Shown: positions 12,975 to 26,800 of the stretch, in pieces | Layout of the letters: each line of letters begins with the position of its first letter | Numbering within the stretch: position 1 is the stretch's first letter | Assembly: GCA_028534125.1 (NCBI GenBank) | Contig: CM052817.1 | Span: 104,038,001 to 104,102,000 of the forward strand | From: Lama glama | Taxonomy: Eukaryota | Length of the DNA: 64,000 bases | Direction of reading: 5' to 3' | Translations under genes and position numbers: made by a program | Notes under the pieces: generated by a model | Told to the model about the DNA's origin: nothing | What the model saw: the letters and a program-made list of their open reading frames with translations, nothing else | Databases searched by the model: none

Positions 12975-13400
12975 CTGTAGTATCAGAGATTATCTGACTA
13001 CTAATCCAACCCACCCACTCTTCCTCCTGGGGACACAGCCAACTGCCATGCAGTTAGGTAGGACTGAGTTCCGGGCAGTGAATTCTGAACTGTGAACTGT
13101 GAACTGTGAAAAGATTCCAGCCCTGGGCTATAGAAACACCCTTCGTGTGATGCTTCATGCTCCTTCTGAGGTTTAATACATAGGTAAGCTCGGAGATCTT
13201 GGAAACTGCATTTAAAATGGTAGAGTTATCATTTAGAAGGAAACATTCTTGAATTACCATTTGGAGGAGAGTCTTCTGACCTGGAAGAGCATTTCGCCCT
13301 TGATTTGAGTAGAGAAACAAATATTAAAGCACTAGTATTTGTTAAGCCATTGAGATTTCTGAAGGTGTATCCATCAAAATAGCAGCCCCTTATCTAATGT
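12975..13400 (+). mobile_element. MLT1-type MaLR LTR, degenerate
   Basis: ttcctcctggggacacagcc...gcagttaggtaggactgagttc near the start and ttaagccattgagattt near the end. Confidence 0.55.
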
Positions 13401-13894
13401 TAATGCCATGAAATGCTGACCTGATTCTCTTGCTTTTTTCATTGAAATTTTATAATACAAGGAAGCTTTTATAATTTTCACTTTTCAGAGTTTTTACACA
13501 TTTCCTTCTTCTGAAATAGCACTGTTTTTTACCTGATACCACCTGTAAAGATTCTAAAAGATTCCTTTTTTTTTTTCCTCTTGCTTGATCATTTGTTCAG
13601 TTGGTGGGGAATGGCCATTATCCCCAGACTCATGTTATGTAGGCAAGTACCAGTGGGAAAGCAAAGATTACCATGTCTTCTTAGGAGGTATCTTTAGATG
13701 GTGTCTAGAAACTGGACTCAGATTTAACTGAAGTTAAACCTCTGCAGTTGGTCCATGAAGGTCCGGCTTCAGGTTAAATTCCTTTCTGGAGTTTTAGGTC
13801 TGGGCATTAAGTAAAGCTCATATTTCCCAATTTGCAGTAGGGGCACAGAAGGAAACAGAAAGGATCCAGCCCAGGTGTCAGAAGAAGCCATCTT

Positions 13895-14398
13895 TCCTCC
13901 ATAAAACCCTTTAAATACCTTCCCATTGATTTTGAATCAAATTCCACAGTCTTGATGTGACCCACCAGGCCTGGCTCTTGCCTGCCTTTCCAGCCTCTTC
14001 TCAGGATTTCTTTATTTTCTTTCATCAACACTGACTATTTCATTTCTTGAAGACACAGAGCTCTCTGACATCAAGGGCTCCAACATGCAGTGCCCCCTGC
14101 CTAAGTGCTCCTCCAGGAAACCTTCACCCAGAAGTTCCTCTCTTCAAGGTTCTGCTTAAATATCACGCATTTAGTGACATCTAATTTCTTTTGATCTCAG
14201 TCAAAATTGGTTTCTTTTTTTGTAAGTTTTCTTAATAAAGTATAGTTTTCCCTTGTTGAAGCTATCACAGTTTGTATTTGTAAACTGACTTTGGGATGAT
14301 TCGTTTAGTGCTGCCTGTTTTATTCCCACCGCATTTGTTCCCATTATCTGTAACATAGTAGAAGGAAATATTTATTAAAATGAATTGATGAATGAAGT
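13895..14398 (+). mobile_element. L2 3' end
   Basis: aaaaccctt...tcccattg...aaattccacagtcttg...aggcctgg, with the terminal atatttattaaaatgaattgatgaatgaa. Confidence 0.7.
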
Positions 14399-16094
14399 GA
14401 AAACAGAAAACTGACAGTCTAGTCAATTTATTGGCCCACAATTGACTAAACATTTCCAAATTGGCAATGCTATACCAATGTGATCGTGTTATACAGATGT
14501 ATGAGGAAATCATGTTTCATGCATTCAAAAATACAGAATATTGATGACTTGTTTTGGCAGAAATATTACTGTTCTTCGGTTTTATTAAGAATGGCTGCCA
14601 TTCTCCCCCCCAAAAAAGATAAGTCAAGGAAGAAAGGAACTGTCTATTGTTGAATGAGGTTATACAATAAATGCTTAGAACAGTGCCTGCAAATAGTAAC
14701 TTCTCAGTAAATGTTAGCTATTATATTATTGTTATTAAAATTTTATTTAGTATAAATGCTATATTTTAATGGTAAGTTATTCTAATTTTTATTTGGTAAA
14801 ATCATACTTGTTCATCATAATCTTAAATTTGTTTTTCTCTATTATAAATGCAGACTAATTTTTTGTTTTTTTTATTGATTTAAATTCCTAGTTTGAGCAA
14901 CTATTATATATAATTATTACGTATATTGACTATATTCCAATTAAATATATAAATAGCCTATGATTACCTATTTAAAAATTGCAGCCTCATTGTTAGCAAT
15001 AATTAATTTTAAAAGTAATGAGGCATTGATTCAAAGGTAGTTTTGTGGATCTTTGAAAACTAAATAGACTTGCTTTATTTGAAACAAAGATGAATGTGGA
15101 GGCTGTGTTGTAATAAGTTAATGGGCCAGCTTTTTCCTTGTTTTATCTTTCTAATTGTTGATTAGAGAGCACCCTGTTTTATAATTTTGGGAAATTGAAG
15201 CTTCTTTCAGTTTTGGTTTTAATGAGTAAGTTTTTTTTTTGGAGCAACTTGGTCCCATTCAAGAAAAAAGAGTGCAAATGATATAAAGTTTTACTTTGGT
15301 CCATGTGACATGAAATAAAAATGTATCATTTCTCATTTGTACTTCTTGCCAAAGGTAAGTGGGGTTGGGGGTGTCATCCTATGTATGTGTAGTGTTCAGA
15401 AGCGGAAATCTAACAATGCAGAATCGAGTGGGTCATTTACAGTGTTCAGTCTTGAACTTGATGTTTATGGTTACATTACTAAAGCTGAGCTGTTGTTAAT
15501 GGTCTCTGGTGATGAAGTATGAATTCAGTTGTATCCCCTCAGAAGATACTACTCTGAAATACATCATTCTGAAAAGTTTCGTCAAACTGTGTAGTGTAGT
15601 TAGATTTTTAATTTTCTGTGGCTTCCTTACAACTTATTTTTACTATCGTCTTATGATGTAGAGAGATCTTACAGTATTCGGTTTATTGAACTTCAAGAGC
15701 AATTAGAAAGAAATTTTTCAAAAGTAGAAAATTTTAAAGTAGAGATTTTTGGCTTACCATATTAGTTGGATAGTCAGAGCAGAGAAATCACAGAAAAACT
15801 TCAAATTCCTAGCAAGTGTTTCAAAGAAAACAAACAAACAAAAACTATCCCTTTATAGTATCACCAAATCCTCAGTGGGCAGACAGGGTGTAAATTACAT
15901 GATTACTCATTTAGAAAACTTCTGGTTCTTTTAAATTAGGTGAGAGACTCAACATCTTTCTTCTTATTATATAATCTTAACCCAAGAAGATGAATAGTTC
16001 ACTCCCTGACAGGAAGAGACACAGAGCAGTGATTTAGAACAGGGATTTTGCTTCTGTAGAGACCAAGTTTCCAGCCCAAGTTCTTCTGTGTCAC

Positions 16095-17177
16095 TGTTAC
16101 CAGGTTTGGCTGCTCGCTGCTCGAAAGCCACTACTCAGGAGGCAAGTGTTGGTAGAAAGAAAAGTTGCTTTTAATCAGAAAGTCGGCAGTCTAGGGTGAA
16201 AGCGCACTCATATCACAAAACCAACTCCAAAGATTCAGCCCAGCCATGACAGTTTTTAAAGGGAAAAAAAGGGGGAAGAAACTCAGTGAATCATCTCCAT
16301 TGTGTGCAGACTGCCTGACTCTGCCTTCAGATGTTATCTTGCCCGGGTGATCTGCCTGCAGGATTGCTGAGGGGGCACTTGGGGTTGAGAGCTACTCATT
16401 TTTAAACTGCTTCATTCTTCATTCTTACTTCTTTTAATCTAGGAAAAGAATCAACAGGTTAGACAGGGCATGGTATGTATGCAGGAGAGCATAAATCAGG
16501 AGTTAGGTTAAACTGCCTAATGATCTCATTTCTGTAATCAAGGTTTAAAGGGAACAGAAATAGGCAAGCAGAAAAGGAGCAAAAGAACTGCTTACAAATC
16601 GCCACTTGTCAGACATCATTCCATTTCTGTGGGGTTAGGGGCGCAGATCCATCTTCTGTAACTACTTCATGCTGACCTGGGGCGCCGTGTTCTCAGAGTG
16701 GAATAGGTCAACATGGGTCTGTAGCAGCTCTTTGCTGACAATTTTAGTTGCCCTCTTATATATACAGGCAGAGCAAGCTACAATTATTTTGATGCCCACA
16801 AAGATACAGATTATTATGAGCAATAATGTTAATCCCATTCTCTTGAAGCCAGTTCTTGGAACTATGCTAAACATAGATTCAGTGCTGCTCAAGATGGAGC
16901 AGCTTGTGTCCTGACTGCAGTCTGGTCCCCATGCAGTTAGCTTTTTCCCTGTGATGGCAGTTACAGTGTCTGTAAAATGACTCAGGAGTGTGCCTCGGAT
17001 ACTAAGAGATTCTGTGACTCTATTGTCTTAATCAGTAACTGCTTGAGCCTGCTCGTTTGTGACCCAGGGAGTCCTGGGAGACTTCAGACTTTCTGCAAAT
17101 AAGAGGCAGCAGATACAGAGGGGCCTTTGCACTTGGGGCCCCCCACCCACCCCCCTGCAGGGCTCTACTCAGTTTAA
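16095..17177 (-). mobile_element. ERV1-type LTR element (~1.08 kb) inserted into a MIR
   Basis: The minus strand begins (t)aaactgagtagagccctg and ends ggtaaca. It has a TTTAAAA TATA-like box (~16255) and an ATTAAA poly(A) signal (~16170). MIR-like halves flank it at about 16020-16094 and 17180-17340. Confidence 0.8.
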
Positions 17178-18721
17178 AGTGAACAACTTATCCTGCAAAA
17201 ACCTTATTTTCATTTTTCAGATGCAGATAACATGAGTGCCCCTATCACTGAGTAGTTATAAATAGTATATAAAATAAAAGTTCTTTGCATAGTTTGGGGA
17301 CATATTGACTGCTCAGTAAATATAAACTCTTGTCATCACTAAGTGCTAAAATGTAGCTGGCTTTTATATGCAGATTGCTTTTCTTTCTGTTACTGACTGG
17401 CAGTGTAGTTACTTCACAGGTCTCAATTCTTCATACAAAAATAAGAATAAGATTTTCATTCAGGATTAAATAACAATATAGGGTTTTAAGTCATTAAACT
17501 GAAGGAAGGAATACAGTAACACACTAGATAAAATTAAAACACGCCCACAAAGAAAATTTTCACTAATTTTGGATAATTTTTTGTTTTAAAATCATTGAAT
17601 GCTATTTTATTTAACCTTGTTACTACTAAAAGAGATTGGGTTTCTTGACAGCACAGAGACATCAAAATGCTGAAACGGTAAGGAGAGAATTTCATTTCAT
17701 GTTGTAAATGTGAAATTAAATATTTAATACTCCCATTTATGTTTACAAGTCCTTGAGGAAATTATCTTCTGGTGAAGCTGGATGAGGCTGGAAGAGAAAG
17801 CCCTGGGTGCTCTGTTCGGGACGCCTTTTGACACCTCCAGCATTACCTTTGACATTTTTTTCTTGGCCGTCACCATCCCCTGCTTTCTGATACCTGTCGC
17901 CTGTCATAGTAGGCATTTTCACGATTCCAGGGTTTCTGAATCAGACAAGCTTCTTGCATTTTTCATTAAGCATAAAGTTTTTAACACAGAATGGTTAGCT
18001 CTAACTGGGTCGTTGCTACTGAACAGTGAATGACACATTTAATGTCATTTTTCCCTGGGAAAATCTGCTCTGTATTTACAGTGAAATGTGACTCACACAA
18101 AGTGAAAGGCTTGTATTATTTTCCCTCCTCTTCGGCTGACTCAATGAGCAAAAGGTAAATCATGATTTTTTTTTTTGAAAGAGTCCTTTAAGAACTAAAG
18201 TCAGGAGGAAAACATTACTCATCCCAAACAATTTCTGCAACTGAAAAACTGTTTTTTTTTTAATTTGACTGCTGTTATATATTGATTTCTAAGGTTTGTT
18301 CTTTTAACTGTGTTCAAAATGGTGAATAATCAAAGTGCATCATCTTTTGCTTTGAGAGAGTAATGAAATCTGGGAAATTTTCCCATCAATGAAACTCCAT
18401 GAAAGAAGCTTTTATTTCACCTGTCAACCATGTTCAGGTGAGTAAGAAAATAATAGAGCCTGTTCCTTACATCTAATGGGAAAAGTTATCACCTCAGAGC
18501 AATTACATGGAGGGAACAGGTGCTGGCAGACTTATGATCAAACATTGCAGTGATGGTTCTAGGATTATAACAGATCTGTTGAGCACAAATATTTTATTGC
18601 TTGTAATTGAAATTAACTTATCTGCAGATCTGTATTTAAACATGATGGTTGAATAAAGCAAATTTTACAAGTTAAGGTAACTCAGAACTTCCCATTTATA
18701 GGTCAGTCTCAGCTTGCTTTC

Positions 18722-19323
18722 TTTCCTTTTTTTATGTATAGTCAGTTTACAATGTGTCAACTTTTGGCGTACAGCATAATGTTTCATTCATACATATACA
18801 TATATATATATTCCTTTTCACATTATTTTTCATTATAGGTTACTGCAAAATACTGGATATAGTTCCTTGTGCTATGCAGCAATAACTTGTTTGTTAAATC
18901 TATTTTATACATGGTAGTTATTATTTGGAAATCTTGAACTCTCAGTGTATCCTTTTCCACTTCCTTCCCTGCCGTTTAACCATAAGTTTGTTTACTACAT
19001 CTGTGAGTCTGTTTCTGTTTTATAAATAAGTTCATTAGTGTCTTCTTTTTTTCTCTTTTTAGATTCCACATATGAATCATACTTTTCTTTCTCTTTATGA
19101 CTTACTTCACTTAGAATGATGATCTCCAGGTCCATACATCTTGCTGCAAATGGCATTATTTTATTCTTTTTTTATGACTGAGTAGTATTCCATTGTATAA
19201 ATATACCACAGCTTCTTTATCCAGTTGTCTGTTGATGGACATTTGAGTTGCTTCCATATCTTGGCTATTGTAAATAGTGCTGCTGTGAACATTGGGGTGC
19301 ATGCTTCTTTCTGAGTTAGAGTT
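18722..19323 (-). mobile_element. 5'-truncated lineage-type L1 3' end
   Basis: Antisense 3'UTR (atagtcagtttacaatgtgtc...) runs through ORF2 C-terminal sequence (ttggctattgtaaatagtgctgctgtgaacattgggg). Same family as the copies at 41.2, 50.2, 54.4, 56.0, 57.9 and 62.8 kb. Confidence 0.9.
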
Positions 19324-19465
19324 CACTCTGAATATACAGTTTCAACTTTTTTTCTTGTATTTTCTCCCCAACATCCCCCACCAAATCTGTTCTCAAGTGA
19401 GGGTGTTTTTCGCCAATGTTCAAGACTGAAAGCAAGGCAAATCTCTATGGCTCTCAAAATCCCCC

Positions 19466-19860
19466 TGTGATGGTTAATTTTATGCCAATTTGGCTGGGTC
19501 ATGGTGCTCAAATATTTGGTCAAACATTATCGTGGGTATTTCTGTGAGGATTTTTTTGGATGAAATTAACGTGTAAATGGATGGACTTCATGGAAAGCAG
19601 TTTGTTCTCCACAATGTGGGGCAGGGGTCTCATTCAATCAGCTGAAGACCTGAATTGAACAAAGACTGGCCTCCCCATCTCCCAGCACAGAGGAATTTTG
19701 CCAGCAAGCTGGCCTTTGGATTCAAACTGCAGCTCTTCCCCAGGTCTCCAGCCTGCTTGGCCATCCCATTGGATTTTGGATTCACCAGTCATGAGAGCCA
19801 ATTCCTTAAAATAAATAAATCTTATTGGTAACATTTCTCTGGAGAACATTGACCAACTTA
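19466..19860 (+). mobile_element. MLT2 (ERVL) LTR
   Basis: Starts tgtgatggttaattttatg...atttggtcaaacatt, contains cattcaatcagctgaagacctgaat, and ends ctctggagaacattgac. Confidence 0.88.
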
Positions 19861-20879
19861 CCTCCCCTAACCAGTTTTAGTTTCTGTGGAGTTTTATATC
19901 AACTCACTCTCATCCCTTGACCTTGAAGAGGGACTACAGCAAAGCAGGGCTGCTCATGACCAAAATTTTACAACCATCATCCAGACCCTTCTGTAGTCCA
20001 GAAAGTTCTGCCTGCCTGTCTACCTGCCTTCCATCCTTCCCTCTTTCCTGAGTGTTCAGAAAAATAACTGCATTATCTTATATTCTCTTGTCTCTGTGGT
20101 TAATGATCATTTTTTGCTTGAGTCTGCAAGTTTTTAACGTGCAGCCTATGCTAAAAATCCCGTAAAATCCCAGTAAGTACCTGATTATAGGCACTGCCAT
20201 CCAGGGCTTTCTTGACTGTTGTCCATTTCAAGATAGAAAAAGAGAAAGAGCAAACAAAAACAAAAAACAGAAACTCATATCACTCCCTTATTCTCTGAGT
20301 GTGCGTTTATGTGTGTGTGTGTGTATGTGTTGCTGTTTTGGTTTAATAGTGGACAGGAATAGGTCAAAGTGAACTATGAGAATGAAATGACATCAACTAC
20401 TTCAGAATATTGTTCCATTCGAATTACTGTAGGTTGGCTAAGGAAATAAATTCAAAGGGAGAAACATGTGACTTAGTCTTAAGCATTTTGAAGAATGCTT
20501 TTATGTTCTGCAAATGACATAAGCAAACAGTTGGAAGTATTTGGGAACTGTGATTATTGTTATGTGGGTACAGCAGAAGGAGGTGACCGCATACAGAGCA
20601 GCAAGGTATTGTGGAAAAAGTACAAACTTTAGTCAGACAAAATTGGATTTAAATACTGGCCCTAATATTTGGACACGTTTCTTACATAAGCTAAGCTTTG
20701 ATTTTTTTTCACATAATAATAGGAGTGATCATAAATATTTGCCTGATAAAAAATTTTTTGGAAAATTAATTTTTATATATTCTGGTCTTTTAAAAATGTG
20801 TATCAAATGATACCACACTTCTGCTTTCAGGATTTTATTTCTTCTCAAGGATGAGGAATCCTTATTTCCTGTGACCATA

Positions 20880-21362
20880 ACTCATAACTTTTTCCTGCTT
20901 TTGCAACCGTATTTCAGCCCACTTATACCCCTTACCCTCTGTGAGTCAGTCATATAGCACCTTTTTAGTTTATGAAATCTTCTGCATCCTCTCACCTTTG
21001 GGGTTTGGTGTAGATTGTATCCTTTGAAACTTTCCTTGAACCATCTTAAAGAGATAACTTAAGGAGATAGCTTAGATAACTCCAGCTCATCTTCAGATCA
21101 TCTAAATGTAAGGCCATTTCCTTGAGCAGACTTGCTTGACCCCTAATCAAGTTAGCTCCCCATGATACAGGCTCCCATACTGAAGCTTTTCCTTACACGA
21201 CCCTCATAACACGTGACATTATTTGTTGCATGTTTCTCTTCCTCCCAAGTTGCAAACTCCAGTACAGCTGAAATATTTTAATTTTGTTCACCACTCTATC
21301 CCTAAAACCTAACATAGTCTCTGACTGTAAATGCTGAATAAATATTTGTTCAATTGAGTAGA
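20880..21362 (+). mobile_element. L2 3' fragment
   Basis: gcaaactccag...tttgttcaccactctatccc...aataaatatttgttcaattga matches the L2 terminus. Confidence 0.65.
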
Positions 21363-21499
21363 AACTTAAAGCACCAAGTTCAGGGGGTAAAGTAATCCTT
21401 AGTTACATTTTTCCCTCCTCCCCCTAATATTTTGACAATTGCATTATATACTGCATTTATACCAAATGAGTTAAAACCTTCTATATTATCCTAAGGAAT

Positions 21500-22450
21500 T
21501 TGGACATTAAATTCAAACAACATTCTGAATTTCTGCCCCCAAATTTGTTCCTTCCCCACCCTTCCCGACTGAGATGACACCACTATCCTTCCAGTTGCTC
21601 TAGCCAAGAATCAAGATGCTGTTCTTAGGTCTATTTCCCTTCTGGCTCACATGCAATCCATTAACAATTCCTTTTGACTCTGCCCTCTAATTCACCATTA
21701 TTCCCCTTTTCCAAGTCATTCATTCATCCATCTATTTATTTGTTTATTGGGGAGAAGTAATTAGGTTTATTTATTTATTTTAATGGAGGTACTGGGGATC
21801 GAACGCAGGACCTCGTGCATGTTAAGCACACGCACCACCCCTGAGCTATCCCCTCCCTCCCTTTTCCACGTCTTGATTGTACTACTACAGTAGTCTCTCA
21901 ACTGTTGTCCTGCTAAAAATCCAGTCTTTTAAAACATAAATCAGATTTCATGCTAAGAAGACTTCAGTGTCTTCCTGTCCTTCTCAGATAAAACCCAGAT
22001 GGCTTTTTTCACAAGGTCAGGATGAGTTCCAGAATCCCTGTCTCCTCCCACCACTCTTTCCTGTGGCTCAGTCTTGAGTCAGGCTGAGCTGGCTTTTCTT
22101 TCTGTCCTCGTAAAGTCCCATCTCTTGCTGCCTCGTGTCTTTCACAGGCTCTTCACTCTCCTGGGGCTCTCTGATCCCTGCCTCACACTCTCACGGGTCT
22201 TAGTTCCATCTTCACCTTTACGAGAAGATCTCCAACCATCCGTCTGCACAAACCTCCCATTGCTCCCTATAACATCATTCTGTCTTCTTCACTTCCTAGC
22301 ACTTACTATTTCGGTTGCTTACTTACTTTCTGTTTACTCTTACTGAGATACAAAAGAACTATGAAAGCAGAGATCTTTCTAGATTATTTACTGTTCTTAG
22401 CTCAGTGCTGGGGTTATAGAAGATGTTCAGTTTTTTTGTGGGATGAATCA
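21500..22450 (+). mobile_element. L2 fragment, interrupted by a SINE
   Basis: caccactatccttccagttgctctagccaagaa and tttaaaacataaatcagat, ending atgttcagttt...gatgaatcatg. Confidence 0.65.
21718..21858 (-). mobile_element. tRNA-derived camelid SINE (Vic-1-like) with TSD
   Basis: The reverse complement reads gggaggggatagctcaggggtggtgcgtgtgcttaacatgcacgaggtcctgcgttcgatccccagtacctcc (A and B boxes), followed by an A-rich tail. TSD cccttttcca(a/c)gtc at 21704-21717 and 21859-21872. Confidence 0.9.
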
Positions 22451-22499
22451 TGGAAGAAATATACCACTTTTGTAGAAAGGTAATTGTGGGGGAAATTTA

Positions 22500-23330
22500 A
22501 TTTACTAACTTTTACTAAATATATTTGTGTCCGACAAGAGACCTTGAGGACTTGGTAGTAAAAGGAGACACAAACAAAGAAATATTTTATAGACCTGTAC
22601 CTTGAAAGATAAATAGGACTAAGCTAGTTAGGGAAGAGGTCCCTGCACAAAAGACAGGTTCAAGATAAATTTAGAAAATGGCAAGTAACTGAGAGTCTGA
22701 CCCAAAAGAGCCAGGAGAGGAAAAGTGCCCTTTATTTTTTAGTTATTTTCATCATATTAGGATGACACCATCCTTGAGACTTCTCTTGGAAAACATCTCA
22801 AGATGACTGTTTAATGTTAACAGTGTTATTTTATAGACACCTAGTCAAAAAATAAGAACCATAGGCACTAGGAACCAAAAATAGTCAGATGGATAAGTCA
22901 TTGCAGAGGCATGACCAGCTCTGTAGCACACTAAAGTGTGATCATTGCAGGGTACAGACGTGTGGACCATGTTTGCATGCACAGAGAAGGGGCTCTTCTT
23001 GGAAAGCTGAATCACCTAGGAAGGCCCAGGTAGAAGTGATATCTTAACTGGTTCTTAAAGGAAAAGTTGACCAAAATCAACTGGGGATTGCAGGGAGGTC
23101 CCGGGGGAAAAAGCACAGGGAAAAGGCAAACAGATGCAAAAGTAGGGTGCTTCTGAGGCTGCTTTCAGCAGCTTGTTACTGTGGAGCACACAGCTTGGGG
23201 TGCCGTGTGATGTAGGGGAGGCTGAACACCTACACATGCCCCAGGGTACCAAGGACCATGTGTGTCACAACAAGATGACTGGGAAGATGTGGGGAAGCTG
23301 CTGAAATTTTAAGCAAATAACATGGTTATA
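22500..23330 (-). mobile_element. L2 fragment(s)
   Basis: tactaaatatatttgtgtcc and ggggaagctgctgaaattttaagca are antisense L2-like. Confidence 0.5.
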
Positions 23331-23341
23331 GCTATACATTA

Positions 23342-23826
23342 TTTTTTTTATTGAAGTATAGTTGATTTACAGTGTTGTGTTTCTGGTGTACAGCGTAGTG
23401 ATTCAGTTATATACATACATATATTTTTAGATTCTTTTCGTTATATTTTATTACAAAATACTGAATAGAGTTCCCTGTGCTATACAGTAGGACCTTGTTG
23501 TTTATCTATTTTATATATAGCGATGTGTATCTGTTAATCCCAAACTCCTAATTTATCCATCCCCTCCATCCTCTTTGGTCACCGTAAGTTTGTTTTCTAT
23601 GTCTGTGTCTTTTTCTGTTTTCTAGACAAGTTCATTTGTATCATTTTTCAAGATTCCAGATATAAGTGATACCGTATGATGTTTGTCTCTCTAACTTCAC
23701 TTAATATGATAATTTCTAGGTCCATCTGTGTTGCTGCAGATGCATTATTTCACTCTTTTTAATGGCTGAGTAATATTCCATTGTATATAGATATACCACA
23801 AATTTTTAATCTAGTCATCTGGACAT
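23342..23826 (-). mobile_element. 5'-truncated L1 3' end
   Basis: ttttttattgaagtatagttgatttacagtgttgtg...ccctgtgctatacagtaggacc...atggctgagtaatattccattg. Confidence 0.9.
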
Positions 23827-26800
23827 TTTGGTTTTAGTGTTGTAGATGGATTTGTGAGCAGCAAAGCAAGAGGATGAAATTCAGTATCAGTCAGACATTT
23901 ATCGGATAGTTGTGTATAAGAGAATGTGGAATTCCTGAAACCCAGTAAACAACAGTCAGGACACACAGGATGGAAATATTTGGGAAGCCAACAAGGCAAA
24001 TTTTGAAACAGTTTGCTTGAACTCATTAGTTTATCTCAATGTTCTTTTGCTGTATATGTGTTATAGGATTTGGAGCATATGATCACTGGAAGCACTTGTA
24101 AATCAGTAATCTGAATATGATTGTTAAAATTTATAAAAATTTTACTGCAGGCATCTGGGATAACTTCTTTTAACCATTCAGTTCTGTGTCTCTCCTTTTT
24201 GGTTATGGTATGTATTATAGGATGGGATGAAATGATACTTCTGTTCTTAATTCACTGATTGAAAAATGAGATGAAAAAAAAATACATCCCATCATTTATC
24301 CAAGGCTTTAGAGCTATTTCCCAGTGGAATTATGGCTCAGACACAAATTCCTAATGCTTTCTAACTCTTCACAATGGACCATTGAATTAACTTATCTTTT
24401 TCCTGAATATTTTTTCCAAATCCCATATATCTGGGAAAAATTGTTTTAGGGAAATATTCTTTTTTTAATATGGCATGTTTTGTAAATATTGTACCAATGC
24501 CTAGTACTTGCTGAAAAAAGTCTTAAGATCTTTGTGGAAAAACTGATGAAAACCAGCATCATTTTCTTTGCTTACTAAAAACAAAGAAGTCTCAGAAAGG
24601 AGAAAATAATTTCTCTCTAATTTGATATATATGGCTTTTAATTTTATTCCAATATCCTTTGCCATATGGAAAATTGGTTAAATGGTTTGATTTTAGTTAC
24701 ACTTTGAAGGAACAAATAAAACTGAGATCACATTATGAGTGAGAAATGGAGAATCCATGATATTTTATAACACTTTAATTACCAGTTATAAATCATGTTC
24801 TTTATTTGTGAGCTTTTTGAAAGCTTTTCCACCTAAAGGCAGCCAATGCTGTAAGGCTTTTTGGAAAACACCAATAAAGGACATATTTAGCTTTTTAGAG
24901 GATGATTTTGGCATCTTACTTATTCTTTAATTTGAGAGGCCATGTCACCAAAAATAAGTGTTTTTCTGTTCACTGTGTGATTTATTGTCTGTTCTGCATA
25001 TACTCAGGTGACTTTTCCTCTAGTGCATAGATTCAAAGATAAATCTTCTAGTTTCACGTCTCAGTGAGTACTTGGGAACAGTGACTCTGATAGTAGGATA
25101 GAGAGACGTTTCCTGTTCATTCAAAGTTACCATCGTGGGCACCGGGTACCATTTCTTTTCATCTCCAGTCACACATAGGTTCTTACAAGACAGATTTTAT
25201 GCTAGAATAATTTTTCTGCTTGACTCATGTTGCCTGTCAATTCCTTCACACATCAGGTAGGTGAATATCAACTAAGATAGCAGCTTTCTAGAACATTTAT
25301 CTATCCAGTATCCTTTTGCTCTCACTCATTCTGTGTTTTTCCCCCTTCTTTTCTTAAATTCTTTTCTGTAGAGGAAAAGACAGTCCAACTCAATTAATAA
25401 TTATTGCTCTTGTTTTCAAGTGAAAAAAAACTCTGTGATTAAAGGAAAAGGTGGAAAGAAAAAAATTACAATGAAAATGTTGCTAGAAAGATAAAACGAA
25501 TTACAATGAATTTATTGCTAAAGCAAATTGTATGTGTTTTGAAGGGGAAAGAATATTGTGCTTTATACCTGATTTTGTATTTTAAGACAATGATTCGGAA
25601 GCCTAAGCAAACCCAGTATACTTTTTATCTTAATAATATGTTGCAAATTATTTAAATGATGCAAAGTCATTGTATAGAACCAATGAAGCATCCTTGGGGA
25701 CATTTTGCATCTTTACCTATGTTAGCAAAAAAAGTGTGGAGAAGAGATATCCTCAGAGAGTAATAATGGATAGCAGTAATCAATAGTAATAATAAATAGC
25801 AATTAAACCCTGTGATCTAACTTAGGGCATCATCAGTGATACCTTTATCAGTGAAGGTGTTTATCAATGTATTGATTGCTGGGAAATTGCAGCATTACGA
25901 GTATATTCTAGCTGAATTTTCAGCATTGACTGATGTTTTTGTTGCTATTGGAGACCTCAGTAAATTCTAGTCATTAGCCAATTTTAATTATTAATATCAG
26001 ATTTCTATAATGCCTAATAATTCACAGAAGTTACACCATGTGTAAGAATAAGTCTACAGAATTTCAGTACAACTCAAAAAAAGATTTACACGGTTTGATT
26101 AATTCAAAACCCAGTAAGACTCTAATGTTTGAAGTACCGCTTGGTCTGTGTTCAACTTTACTGCTTGTCTAGATGGTCTGTCAGGTCCATTTGCGTTCTG
26201 AAATTCTCTTATTTTTAAATGATAAAAGTGAGGCCATGAGCACTTGAATTCTAGATCCTAGGCACAGGCCAGAGAGTTGAGGACACAGGATGAGGACACA
26301 GATGGTCATCCAGGGTCCCTTGTGCTTTATGATGGGAAAGTCACTTTCTGTTTCTGTTTGTCATGGGAATGATTCGGATAAAAAGATTTTGGAGATTTTG
26401 AGATATGGGCTTGATTTAGTTCACTCTATTTTACCTTGTAAGTCTGATTAAAATATTTTGCACATCCAAATATGTCATATTTCCATGAAAACATTAATAT
26501 AAAAAGTCCATTTCGCTTTTTGAATTCTTCATGATTTACATTATAGTACCATAAGAAACCTGAGATTTGACACTTGAAATTATATTTGGAAAAACACTGT
26601 CCTTTTGTTCATTCAGTATGCTTGTTCCATGAAGGACCATTGGCTAGATATTGGTGGAGTTGTGATTAGAAAGATTAGTAAAAATCAAATCATGTCATCA
26701 CCAGCCTAGATTTAATGGAGCACTATAAGGAAAACACATTTTCTTTTCACAGTCAGCAGAGTTTTCAGGTGTAGGTATTGGCGCATTAGACTTTTGTATA

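Noticed and set aside
17745..17925. Short minus-strand frame MPTMTGDRYQKAGDGDGQEKNVKG...
   Set aside because: Under 60 aa, no homology recognised and no coherent exon structure.
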